From an uncultured Anaerolineaceae bacterium (lineage in GTDB: Bacteria > Chloroflexota > Limnocylindria > Limnocylindrales > CSP1-4): a stretch of 27,978 bases of DNA. The translations under genes were made by a program, and so were the position numbers. Numbering within the stretch: position 1 is the first letter of the stretch; each line of letters starts with the position of its first letter. The DNA lies in the NCBI GenBank assembly GCA_964603175.1, contig CAZRUC010000001.1, forward strand, positions 19,743-47,720, given 5' to 3'. Shown here in pieces: positions 8,208 through 17,080 of this stretch. The notes below the pieces were generated by a model, which worked only from the letters and a program-made list of their open reading frames with translations, searched no databases and was not told where the DNA came from.

Positions 8208-8762
8208 TCAGGCTATCGGCGTCTCACTTAGGCAATCGGCGGGAGTCACCTGGCCGGACTGATCGGACAGCTGCTTGCACACGGTCTGGGTCCACGTAAC
8301 GGTCAGATCGGTGTGGGAGAACACGCGAGCGATCAACTGGACGGTGTCGTCGCCCGGCAGCCGGTAGATCGTGTACAGCTGGTCAGCCTCATCGGTGATT
8401 TCCGAGACGACAAGCACCGCCGGCTGGCTGTTCTGCCAGGCATCGATCAGGCAGCCGATCGCCTGCTTGTTGGCAGCGGGGTCCGTGAGCGGCCCCGGCG
8501 CGGTGGGCATCGGCGAGATGTCGACGTCCTCCTCGAACAGGACTTCTGCACCGCAAGATCGCACCGGAGTCAGCGCCACAACCGAGGCGGGGGCATCGGA
8601 CGGCAGTGGCGCGGTCGTCGAGTTGCCGGGAAGCGGACTGTAGGCACTTGTCGGGGACGCCTGGCCGATCGACGGGACCGTCGAGGAACCGGACGAACCG
8701 CAGGCCGCGGTGGCGGCGACCACCGCCAAAACCATCACCGGGATCAGTATCCGCAAGCGCAT
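8208..8762 (-). CDS. Hypothetical lipoprotein with four additional Cys (likely two disulfides)
   Basis: Lipobox AAC after MRLRILIPVMVLAVVAATA. Ser/Thr/Pro linker. Start is GTG 8765 or ATG 8762. Confidence 0.75.
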   Translation of the reverse strand: MRLRILIPVMVLAVVAATAACGSSGSSTVPSIGQASPTSAYSPLPGNSTTAPLPSDAPASVVALTPVRSCGAEVLFEEDVDISPMPTAPGPLTDPAANKQAIGCLIDAWQNSQPAVLVVSEITDEADQLYTIYRLPGDDTVQLIARVFSHTDLTVTWTQTVCKQLSDQSGQVTPADCLSETPIA

Positions 8763-8840
8763 CACTCACCATTTGACGTCCTGGAAGGCGCGGCGTCAAG
8801 CGGCCCGTCGGCCGGGCTCCGCCCGACGGGCCGAGGGGTC

Positions 8841-8870
8841 CTGACGCCCGATCGCGGATTGCCATATACT
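8841..8870 (+). promoter_or_regulatory. Candidate sigma70-type promoter for marR (CTGACG-N18-TATACT), 7 nt before the ATG, so probably leaderless
   Basis: TATACT at 8865-8870, ATG at 8878, no SD upstream. Confidence 0.55.
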
Positions 8871-8877
8871 CAATGTC

Positions 8878-9375
8878 ATGTTGAATGTACCTGAGGTACG
8901 GAGCATCAATCCAACCCACGGGGTCGACGATACGGGTCGCCCGGCGCTGGAACGAGAGTTGCTCGAGGAGATGACCGGCTGGTCGCCCCGCGATCGCGGA
9001 GGCGTCTTCAAGTCATGGCATCAGCATGCACTCAGCCTCGTTCATCTGAATGTCCTGACCGCACTCGAGGCCGAAGGACCGCTCTCAATGAAGGCCCTGG
9101 CCGAGGCCATGGACGTTTCCGACGCGAGCGCGACCGGGATCGTCGATCGAATGGAGAAGCGCGGGCTGGTCGAGCGACGGCACGGCACCGACGATCGCCG
9201 AGTCGTGCGCGTCCATGCCACGGAGGCCGGGTTCCAGGTCTTCCGCGATATGGCCACGCATCGGCGAGAGGCGCTCACGAAGGTCTTTGCCGAACTCACC
9301 GAGGAGGAAATGGCCTCTCTTCTCGTCGGCATGCGCGCTATCCATGCGGCCCGCCGGCGCCTCATGGGCGGATGA
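8878..9375 (+). CDS. MarR-family transcriptional regulator
   Basis: LSLVHLNVL..LEAEGPLSMKALAEAMDVSDASATGIVDRMEKRGLVERR...DDRRVVRV..TEAG winged-helix signature. Lies upstream of an ABC exporter pair. Confidence 0.93.
   Translation: MLNVPEVRSINPTHGVDDTGRPALERELLEEMTGWSPRDRGGVFKSWHQHALSLVHLNVLTALEAEGPLSMKALAEAMDVSDASATGIVDRMEKRGLVERRHGTDDRRVVRVHATEAGFQVFRDMATHRREALTKVFAELTEEEMASLLVGMRAIHAARRRLMGG
8887..8899. promoter_or_regulatory. Perfect palindrome GTACCT-G-AGGTAC; candidate MarR operator just inside the coding start
   Basis: The palindrome is directly visible. MarR proteins typically autoregulate via palindromes near their promoter. Confidence 0.4.
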
Positions 9376-9469
9376 GCGAAGCCGCAACTCCTTCGGCGCT
9401 CTTTCACGAGTCCTACACAATCCACTGCGACGCTGACAGCAACACCACTCACTCACAGGATCGAAGCCG

Positions 9470-11200
9470 ATGATCAGACTTCTCTCCCGGTTCGGATGGC
9501 CGTACCGCCGTCTTTTGGCGGTCGTTCTGGTTCTGGTCACGATCCAGGCGCTGACGAACCTATATCTGCCCAACCTCAACGCGGACATCATCAACAACGG
9601 CGTGCTGAAGGGCGATACGAACTACATCGTTCGCATCGGCGGGCTGATGTTGTTCGTGACGTTCCTGCTGGGCCTGTGCTCGATCGTCTCCGTCTACTTC
9701 GGCTCGCTGACTTCGATGTCGATGGGGCGCGACATTCGGAGCGCGATATTCCGCAAGGTCATGGGCTTCTCGCAGCAGGAGACGAATTCATTCGGGGCGC
9801 CGACGCTTATCACACGCAACACCAACGACGTGCAGCAGGTGCAGATGGTCCTCGTGATGGCCCTCAACATCATGATCCTTGCCCCGATCATGTCCGTCGG
9901 TGGCCTGATCATGGCTCTGCGCGAGGACGTGCCGCTGTCGGCGACTCTGCTTGTCATCGTCCCACTGGTCCTGATCGTAATCGGCACGATCGCTTTCATC
10001 GCCGTGCCGTTGTTCCGGTCCATGCAGAAGCGCACCGACCGCATCAATCAGGTCATGAGGGAAGTGCTCGGCGGCATGCGCGTGATCCGCGCCTTCGTGC
10101 GAACCGAGCATGAAGAAGAGCGCTACGACGAAGCCAACCAGGCGCTGACAGATAACTCGCTCAAGGTTGCGCGGCTGTTTGCTCTGATGATCCCGTTCCT
10201 GTTCGGAATCATGAATCTGTCGATGGTCGCGATCGTCTGGTTCGGCGGCCTTCGCATCGACTCCGGCAGCATGCCCATCGGGAATCTGTCGGCCTTCCTC
10301 CAGTACGTGATGCTGATCCTCTTCTCGGTGATGATGGCCGCTCTCATATTCGTGATGGTGCCGCGAGCCGCGGCCTCCGCCGAGCGAATCAACGCGGTCC
10401 TCGATACGGAAGCGGCCATCTGCAACCCCGATACCGCGACGGATCTGCCGGATCCCCGTGGCGTCGTCGAGTTCCGAAACGTCGAGTTCCGATACCCCGG
10501 TGCCCAGGACGCCGTGTTGTGCGGTATCTCCTTCACGGCCCGACCGGGCCAGACTACGGCCATCATCGGCGGCACCGGGTCCGGCAAGTCCACGCTCATC
10601 AACTTGATCCCGCGCTTCTACGACGTGTCGTCGGGGAGTGTGGAAGTGGACGGCGTCGACGTCAGGCAGATGCGCCAGGAAGATTTGTGGCGAATGATCG
10701 GCCTCGTGCCCCAGAAGGCATTCCTGTTCAGCGGCACCGTGGCAAGCAACCTTAGATACGGCGACGACAGCGCGGACGACGAAACACTCTGGCATGCTCT
10801 CGCCATCGCCCAGGGCAAAGACTTCGTCGAGGAGATGGCAGGCGGGCTCGACGGCCAGATCGACCAGGGCGGAACGAATGTCTCCGGCGGTCAGCGCCAG
10901 CGTCTGGCCATCGCTCGGGCGATCGTGAGGAAGCCGAAGATCTTCATCTTCGACGACAGCTTCTCGGCGCTGGACTTCAAGACCGATCAGCGTCTTCGAG
11001 GCGCGCTTCGCGACGAGACGGATGACGCGACCGTGATCATCGTGGCCCAACGGGTCGGGACGATCCTCCATGCCGACCAGATCATCGTGCTCGACAAGGG
11101 CGAGATTGTGGCGATCGGCAATCACGCGGAGTTGATGGAGAGCAGCGAGACATATCGCGAGATCGTCTACTCGCAGCTCTCCAAAGAGGAAGTGGCATGA
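9470..11200 (+). CDS. Heterodimeric type IV ABC exporter, subunit 1 (TMD+NBD; TM287-like, degenerate Walker B / H-switch)
   Basis: Six-TM domain, Walker A GGTGSGKS, signature VSGGQRQR, Walker B IFIFDD (E to D), switch IVAQR (H to Q). Confidence 0.95.
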   Translation: MIRLLSRFGWPYRRLLAVVLVLVTIQALTNLYLPNLNADIINNGVLKGDTNYIVRIGGLMLFVTFLLGLCSIVSVYFGSLTSMSMGRDIRSAIFRKVMGFSQQETNSFGAPTLITRNTNDVQQVQMVLVMALNIMILAPIMSVGGLIMALREDVPLSATLLVIVPLVLIVIGTIAFIAVPLFRSMQKRTDRINQVMREVLGGMRVIRAFVRTEHEEERYDEANQALTDNSLKVARLFALMIPFLFGIMNLSMVAIVWFGGLRIDSGSMPIGNLSAFLQYVMLILFSVMMAALIFVMVPRAAASAERINAVLDTEAAICNPDTATDLPDPRGVVEFRNVEFRYPGAQDAVLCGISFTARPGQTTAIIGGTGSGKSTLINLIPRFYDVSSGSVEVDGVDVRQMRQEDLWRMIGLVPQKAFLFSGTVASNLRYGDDSADDETLWHALAIAQGKDFVEEMAGGLDGQIDQGGTNVSGGQRQRLAIARAIVRKPKIFIFDDSFSALDFKTDQRLRGALRDETDDATVIIVAQRVGTILHADQIIVLDKGEIVAIGNHAELMESSETYREIVYSQLSKEEVA

Positions 11201-13290
11201 GCGGGCCCGCGAACGGCGCCGACGGACACGGACCCGCGGCGACGAACGGCCGGCCCGCCGCCGGGGTCGGCGGCCCCAGCGCTCCCGGCGGTGCCGCACC
11301 CGGCGGCGGCGCTATGGGCCCCGGCGGTGCAGGAGCGCGGCGGCGTGGCCCCGGCGGCGGCTTCGGCCCGATGGGGCACGGGCTCGGCATGCCGGCAGAA
11401 AAGGCCCGCAACTTCCGCGGCACGTTCCGCCGCCTCCTGGGCGAACTCCGCCCGGATCGGAAATGGATCGTCCTCGTGATGGCCGTGTCGTTCTTTAGCA
11501 CGGCCGGTCAGATCTTCGGCCCCAAAGTCCTGGGCAACGCCATCAACAAGCTGCTCGACGGTCTCGTCGGCAAGGAAATGGTCGCGCAGGGCGTGCCGAC
11601 CGGCCTCACCCACGACCAGGTGGTGTCGTCACTCAGGGCGGCGCACAGTCCGCTCGCGGACCTCGTGGCCGGTACCAACGCGGCTCCCGGCGTGGGCGTC
11701 GACTTCGGCGCCCTGGGCATGATCCTTTTGGCGCTGGCGGGCCTGTACCTGATCAGCACCTTCTTCAGCTGGGTCGCCTGGTACACCATGGGCGGCGTCT
11801 CGCAGCGCACGGTCTACCGGCTCCGCAAGAAGGTCGACCTCAAGCTCGCCCGCCTGCCGCTGAAGTACTTCGACACGCATCAGCGCGGCGACACCCTGAG
11901 CCGCGTCACGAACGACATCGACAACATCGCCGGGACGCTCCAGCAGAGCCTGACCCAGATCATCACCTCGGTCGCCACGATTGTCGGCGTGCTGGCGATG
12001 ATGTTCTGGATCAGCCCGATCCTGGCGCTCATATCTCTCCTGGTGATTCCGGTTGCCGCCGGCGCGACGATGTTCATCGCCAAGCGCTCGCAGAAGGAAT
12101 TCGCGGCCCAGTGGAAGCAGACGGGCGCCCTCAACGCTCACGTCGAGGAATCCCACACCGGTCACGCCATCGTCAAGGTCTTCGGCCACGAGGAAGACGC
12201 CATCCGCCGCTTCGACGAGGAGAACGCGCGCGTCTTCCGAGCCAGCTTCAGGGCGCAATTCATCTCCGGCATCATCCAGCCGACGATGAACTTCATCAGC
12301 AACCTCAACTATGTCGCCATCGGCGTCATCGGTGGCGTCCAGGTCGCCAGCGGCACCATGTCCCTGGGCGACGTGCAGGCGTTCATCCAGTACTCGCGCT
12401 CGTTCACGATGCCGATCACCCAGACGGCGAGCATCGCCAACCTGCTCCAGTCGACGATGGCCTGCGCGGAGCGTGTCTTCGAACTGCTCGATGAGCCCGA
12501 GGAATTGGCGGACTCTGCAACGCCGGCCGTGCTCGACAATCCGACCGGCCACGTCACCCTCGAAGGCGTGTCGTTCCGATACGAGCCGGACAAGCCGCTC
12601 ATCGACGACCTCAACGTGGACGTCCGTCCGGGCGAGGTCCTGGCCATCGTCGGACCGACCGGCGCCGGCAAAACCACCGTCGTGAACCTGCTCATGCGCT
12701 TCTACGAGATCGACGCCGGCGCCATCTGCATCGACGGCATCGACATCCGTGACCTGACCCGCAACAACCTGCGCCGGACCTTCGGCATGGTCCTCCAGGA
12801 CACGTGGCTCTTCGGCGGCACGATCCGGGACAACATCGCCTACGGCAAGGAAGACGCCACGGAGGAGCAGATCGTGGACGCGGCGAAGGCCGCCCACGTC
12901 GACCACTTCGTCCGGACGCTCCCCGGCGGCTACGACACCATGATCGACGACGAGGCTTCGAATCTGTCGGCGGGCGAGAAGCAGCTTCTCACGATCGCCC
13001 GAGCCTTCCTGGCCGACCCCGAGATCCTGATCCTCGACGAGGCCACCAGCTCGGTGGACACACGCACCGAGGTCCTGGTCCAGCAGGCAATGGCGCGACT
13101 GATGAAGGGACGGACGGCCTTCGTCATCGCCCACCGCCTCTCGACCATCCGCAACGCCGACTCGATCCTCGTCATGGACCACGGCAAGATCGTCGAACAG
13201 GGCAGCCACGACGAGCTGATCGCCAAGCGCGGGTTCTACTTCGACCTGTACAACTCACAGTTCGAGGAAGCAACCGCTGAGGCCGTGTAG
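11197..13290 (+). CDS. Heterodimeric type IV ABC exporter, subunit 2 (TM288-like) with Gly/Pro-rich N-terminal extension
   Basis: ATGA overlap with subunit 1. Walker A GPTGAGKT, non-canonical signature LSAGEKQ, Walker B ILILDEATS, IAHRLSTI. Confidence 0.95.
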   Translation: MSGPANGADGHGPAATNGRPAAGVGGPSAPGGAAPGGGAMGPGGAGARRRGPGGGFGPMGHGLGMPAEKARNFRGTFRRLLGELRPDRKWIVLVMAVSFFSTAGQIFGPKVLGNAINKLLDGLVGKEMVAQGVPTGLTHDQVVSSLRAAHSPLADLVAGTNAAPGVGVDFGALGMILLALAGLYLISTFFSWVAWYTMGGVSQRTVYRLRKKVDLKLARLPLKYFDTHQRGDTLSRVTNDIDNIAGTLQQSLTQIITSVATIVGVLAMMFWISPILALISLLVIPVAAGATMFIAKRSQKEFAAQWKQTGALNAHVEESHTGHAIVKVFGHEEDAIRRFDEENARVFRASFRAQFISGIIQPTMNFISNLNYVAIGVIGGVQVASGTMSLGDVQAFIQYSRSFTMPITQTASIANLLQSTMACAERVFELLDEPEELADSATPAVLDNPTGHVTLEGVSFRYEPDKPLIDDLNVDVRPGEVLAIVGPTGAGKTTVVNLLMRFYEIDAGAICIDGIDIRDLTRNNLRRTFGMVLQDTWLFGGTIRDNIAYGKEDATEEQIVDAAKAAHVDHFVRTLPGGYDTMIDDEASNLSAGEKQLLTIARAFLADPEILILDEATSSVDTRTEVLVQQAMARLMKGRTAFVIAHRLSTIRNADSILVMDHGKIVEQGSHDELIAKRGFYFDLYNSQFEEATAEAV

Positions 13291-13320
13291 CGAGCAGCCG
13301 ACGTCCGGCGGCACAAACGC

Positions 13321-13326
13321 TACGCT
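13321..13326 (+). promoter_or_regulatory. Candidate -10 box TACGCT, 6 nt before GTG 13333 (leaderless start)
   Basis: TAnnnT-N6-start, no SD. Confidence 0.5.
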
Positions 13327-13332
13327 CCTCGG

Positions 13333-14256
13333 GTGCATCCGTTCCGATTCGCCGTCCAGCTCGCTCGGGCAGAGTCGGGCGACGATTGGGCGCGGTCCGC
13401 TCGTCGGGCCGAAACGCTCGGGTTCGCCGTCCTCGCCATGCCGGATCACCTCGGCAATCAGCTCTCCCCTCTTGTGGCACTCTCCGCGGCCGCGGCGGCC
13501 ACGACGCACTTGCGCGTCTCCACGTTCGTCTTCGCCAACGATTACCGCCACCCGCTGATCCTCGCCCGCGAGGCTGCGACGCTCGACCTCCTCTCCGGCG
13601 GACGGTTCGAGATGGGCATGGGCGCCGGCTGGATGGTCGAGGACTACCGCCGGCTCGGGATGAACTACGACCCGGGGCCTCGGCGCGTGGATCGGTTGGA
13701 GGAAGCCATCCCCCTCGTCAAGCGGCTGCTGGCCGGCGAGACGGTCACCCACCGCGGGACCCATTACCAGCTGGATCGGGCGTTCGCTGGCGTGGAGACG
13801 GTCCAGAAGCCCCGACCGCCGCTGGCAGTCGGTGCCGGCGGGCCTCGAATGCTCCGACTTGCCGCCCGCGAAGCCGACATCGTGGGCCTGCTCCCGGGCT
13901 TCAGCGGCAGGGGCAGAGCGCAGCTGCTGCAGGCGACCGAGGCCTCGACGGCCAAGAAGGTCGCCATCGTGCGCGAGGCGGCGGGCGATCGCTTCGAGCG
14001 GCTCGAGTTGAACATCTGGCTCGCCGATGCCGCGATGGTGGGCAGCGGCAACTCCCGTCTCGGGTCGGCCACGGCGGCGGCGCGATGGGTCCCCGCGGCG
14101 GTGGTGCGCAGCCCTTACGTCCTGTACGGCACGATCGGTGCGCTGCGGGAGCGGTTGCTGCGCCGCCGCGACAGTCTGGGGATCAGCTACTACACGATTC
14201 CCGGGCGGGCCATGGAAGAGATGGCGCCGCTCGTCGAGGCGATGGCCGGCCGGTAG
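13333..14256 (+). CDS. LLM-class, probably F420-dependent, oxidoreductase (TIGR03621/MSMEG_2516-like)
   Basis: PFRFAV, ARRAE.LGF..L..PDH, PLVALSAAAAATT.LRV, NDYRHP..LAREAATLDLLSGGRFE.G.GAGW, RPPL.VG.GG.RMLRLAAREADIV. The cofactor is inferred from family. Confidence 0.88.
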   Translation: MHPFRFAVQLARAESGDDWARSARRAETLGFAVLAMPDHLGNQLSPLVALSAAAAATTHLRVSTFVFANDYRHPLILAREAATLDLLSGGRFEMGMGAGWMVEDYRRLGMNYDPGPRRVDRLEEAIPLVKRLLAGETVTHRGTHYQLDRAFAGVETVQKPRPPLAVGAGGPRMLRLAAREADIVGLLPGFSGRGRAQLLQATEASTAKKVAIVREAAGDRFERLELNIWLADAAMVGSGNSRLGSATAAARWVPAAVVRSPYVLYGTIGALRERLLRRRDSLGISYYTIPGRAMEEMAPLVEAMAGR

Positions 14257-14308
14257 CCCCCAGGCGCGGCGGCGCGGGCCGGTCGGGGCGCCCCGCGACG
14301 CCAGCGGT

Positions 14309-14314
14309 TACTCT
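14309..14314 (+). promoter_or_regulatory. Candidate -10 box TACTCT, 6 nt before ATG 14321 (leaderless start)
   Basis: TAnnnT-N6-ATG, no SD. Confidence 0.5.
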
Positions 14315-14320
14315 CCGAGA

Positions 14321-15472
14321 ATGAGTGAGATTGCAGGCACGATTTCCGCCGAACGCTTCCAGGCCAGGTTGGCGGCATGTCGCGTCGCGGTCGCGGAGTG
14401 CAGCCTTGCCGCCCTGGCCCTGAGCGTGGGACCCGATCTGCGCTACCTGACGGGGTTCGTGGGCGAGCCCATGGAGCGCCTCACGCTGCTGGTCGTGCCG
14501 CGCGAGGGCGAGGCGTCGCTGCTGGTGCCGCGGCTCGAGTCGCAAAAGGCCTGGGCCACACCGCTGGCTTCCGTCGGCGCGGCACGAGTGGTGCCGTTCG
14601 ACGAAGGCGACGATGCTGCGGCTTTGGTCGCGGGGATGCTGCGCTCACAGGTCGCGGCCCCGATCGGCGTGTCCGACCGGCTGTGGTCGATGCATCTCCT
14701 GCTTCTCCAGGCCGCCCTTCCCGATCGGCATTTCGAATCCGCGAGCGTCGTGATGCGCGAGTTGCGCCAGGTCAAGGACGCGGACGAGGCGCGCCTCCTG
14801 ACGCTCGCCGCCGAGGCCGCCGACCGGGCGATGGATGGGGTTTGCTCGGGCCATCTCGCCGGCCGGAGCGAGGCCGACGTGAGCCGGGAGATCCGCCGGC
14901 GACTGATCGACGAAGGCCACGACGTCGCGGATTTCGCGATTGTCGGTTCGGGGCCCAACGGCGCGTCACCCCACCACGATGCGAGCGAGCGGATCATTCG
15001 AGACGGAGAACCGGTCGTACTCGACATCGGTGGCACGCGCGCCGGTTACGCGAGCGACACGACCCGGACCGTGTGGGCCTCAGGCGACAGCGGCACCGCT
15101 CCGGAGCCCGAGTTCGTGAGCGTCTACGAGCTCGTTCGCGAAGCGCAGGCTCGTGCGACGTCGGCCGTTAGGCCCGGCGCTGCTGCGGAGCGGATCGACG
15201 CGACCGCACGCTCGGTGATCGCGGGCGCCGGCTACGGCGACTTCTTCACGCACCGGGTCGGTCACGGCATCGGGCTCGAGGTCCACGAAGACCCATACAT
15301 AGTCGCCGGCAACTCGACCAAGCTGAAGCCGGGCATGGCTTTCAGCGTCGAGCCCGGCGTGTACCTCCCGGGCCGCTGGGGCGTGCGCCTCGAGAACATC
15401 GTCATGTGCTCCGACGCCGGCGCGGACGTGTTGAACCGCTCCAGCCTGGACCTGAGGATCGTTCGCGGATAG
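14321..15472 (+). CDS. M24-family Xaa-Pro aminopeptidase / dipeptidase
   Basis: Creatinase-like N-domain (PDLRYLTGF). Metal ligands in DIGG, YASDTTRT, HRVGHGIGLEVHE, FSVEPGVY, GVRLEN. Start moved to ATG 14321. Confidence 0.93.
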   Translation: MSEIAGTISAERFQARLAACRVAVAECSLAALALSVGPDLRYLTGFVGEPMERLTLLVVPREGEASLLVPRLESQKAWATPLASVGAARVVPFDEGDDAAALVAGMLRSQVAAPIGVSDRLWSMHLLLLQAALPDRHFESASVVMRELRQVKDADEARLLTLAAEAADRAMDGVCSGHLAGRSEADVSREIRRRLIDEGHDVADFAIVGSGPNGASPHHDASERIIRDGEPVVLDIGGTRAGYASDTTRTVWASGDSGTAPEPEFVSVYELVREAQARATSAVRPGAAAERIDATARSVIAGAGYGDFFTHRVGHGIGLEVHEDPYIVAGNSTKLKPGMAFSVEPGVYLPGRWGVRLENIVMCSDAGADVLNRSSLDLRIVRG

Positions 15473-15583
15473 CGAAGCGTCCTGCCCCAATTGGCGGCTG
15501 GTACCCACCCCAAGCGCACGCTACGATCGCGCGGGCGATCTCCCGAAGGGCAATTCCCAGCCGCAACGGGCATGGAGGTTCAC

Positions 15584-16798
15584 ATGGGCGCGAGGCGCAT
15601 GGCAGGCGGACGGGCAACGGCCCTTGCCCTGCTGCTGGTCTTTGCCGCGGGTTGTACCGGCTCCTCGTCGACCTGGCCGGCGCTCCATTCATCGCCGACC
15701 GGCTCAGCGGCGGCGCCGTCAGGTGCCGACCGGCGAGCAGCGGTGCCCTCGGGCGGGAAGACCGCGGCGCCCGAGCAAACCGGACCCGGCGGAGCTGCCA
15801 CCCCGGCGAGTGCGACGGTAAACAACATCACAGTCGAGTACACCTATCAGGCCGACCTGATGACGCCCTTCTCGCAGCTCTATGGCACGATCCTGCCCCA
15901 TTTCGTCGTCGCCACCATCACCAACGACAATGCCCAGGCGGTCAAAGTCAAGGTGTCCACGGGCGTCACCGGCTTCACGAATACCAGCGTCGCCACCGTC
16001 ACTGTCGCCGGCAAGAAGACGGCGACCGTGGAACAGGACCCCGAGCTGACGAGCACGGCAATCGATTCGCTCACGTCCCAGAAGCCCGGCCAGCTGGAAG
16101 TGCTGGTCACCTACCTGGACAACGGCCAGGACCGCACAGTGCTCGACGAGACCGACAACATCGTCGTTACGGGTCGGAGCGACTTCCCCTGGTCGATCAA
16201 GGGCATGACCGAGGCGGAGACGTTCGCACTCCTCGGGGTCATGGTCACGCCCACCGATCCGGCGGTGAAGAACGACCTGATCCGCGCGGCGGCCGACTAC
16301 GATCCCAGCCGCTCGATCATCAGTGGGTACCAGAGCGAGGGCGACGCCGACAACTCGGTCTACCAGCGATTGAACGACATCTGGCAAGCCGAAACCAAAG
16401 ACTTCGCCATGACCTACATCAGCACGCCGGTCTCCTTTGCCCCCGGCGACACGCAGGCGATTCGCCTCCCCTCTGAAGCGCTCTCGAGCTCGAGCGGCAA
16501 CTGCATCGAGCTGGCGCTCCTGTACGCGTCGGCGGTCGAGGCGATGGGGATGCAGCCGGTCATCGTCGTCATCCCGGGCCACGCTTACCTGGGTGTCAGG
16601 GTCGACGACACGGGCAATTCGTTCTACTTCGTCGAAACGACCATGATCGGGCAGTCAACCTTCGACGAGGCCGTGACCGAGGGCGGCAACGAGTGGGACG
16701 AGGCGATGCCTCACGAGAACAACAACGACGAGGGCTACGGCTGGGTCGAAATCGCGCAGTCGCGCTCCGACGGCATCCTGCCGATCCCCTGGCATTAG
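15584..16798 (+). CDS. Lipoprotein with C-terminal transglutaminase-like (papain-fold) domain
   Basis: GGAGG 5 nt before ATG 15584. Lipobox AGC. GNCIELALLYAS / PGHAYLG / FVETT give a Cys-His-Glu triad. Confidence 0.8.
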   Translation: MGARRMAGGRATALALLLVFAAGCTGSSSTWPALHSSPTGSAAAPSGADRRAAVPSGGKTAAPEQTGPGGAATPASATVNNITVEYTYQADLMTPFSQLYGTILPHFVVATITNDNAQAVKVKVSTGVTGFTNTSVATVTVAGKKTATVEQDPELTSTAIDSLTSQKPGQLEVLVTYLDNGQDRTVLDETDNIVVTGRSDFPWSIKGMTEAETFALLGVMVTPTDPAVKNDLIRAAADYDPSRSIISGYQSEGDADNSVYQRLNDIWQAETKDFAMTYISTPVSFAPGDTQAIRLPSEALSSSSGNCIELALLYASAVEAMGMQPVIVVIPGHAYLGVRVDDTGNSFYFVETTMIGQSTFDEAVTEGGNEWDEAMPHENNNDEGYGWVEIAQSRSDGILPIPWH

Positions 16799-16865
16799 CT
16801 GCTGCGCCAAACGACCCGGACGCAAGGTAACCGCTGCCCGTGGCCGAGCGTCTGCGGGGTCGCGG

Positions 16866-17053
16866 GCGGACGCTTTCCCGTCTTACTCGCCACATGAGTG
16901 ATATGGAGCGGCGAGGGGCGATTCGGCCATACCATGACCGTTGCGGCGCCCGAGGCCGCGCTCAGACCGGGATTCCCGGCGGCAGACGTGGAGGCGACCC
17001 CGGGGTCGCCCCAACTTACTACCCGCCGGGCGAGTAACACGGGAAGCGGCCGC
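16866..17053. other. ~188-nt intergenic element bounded by ~26-nt imperfect inverted repeats and internally structured (ncRNA, MITE or inverton candidate)
   Basis: Core arms 16875-16891 TTCCCGTCTTACTCGCC and 17029-17045 GGCGAGTAACACGGGAA pair at 16 of 17 positions, and pairing extends to 16866/17053 with one bulge and one further mismatch. Internal palindromes at 16967-16979 and 16993-17010. Confidence 0.6.
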
Positions 17054-17080
17054 GGCGCTCCCAACTAAGTGGAGAAGAAC

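Noticed and set aside
11197-11400. Gly/Pro/Ala-rich N-terminal extension and degenerate ATP site of the ABC pair
   Set aside because: An asymmetric NBD and low-complexity N-termini are ordinary for TM287/288-type exporters.
16934-17068. 44-codon ORF in frame with the AKR and separated by a single TAA (possible readthrough or extension)
   Set aside because: The AKR has its own GGAG plus GTG at 17081 giving a typical N-terminus (MKRTLGRSG). The upstream peptide is featureless and lies inside the inverted-repeat element.
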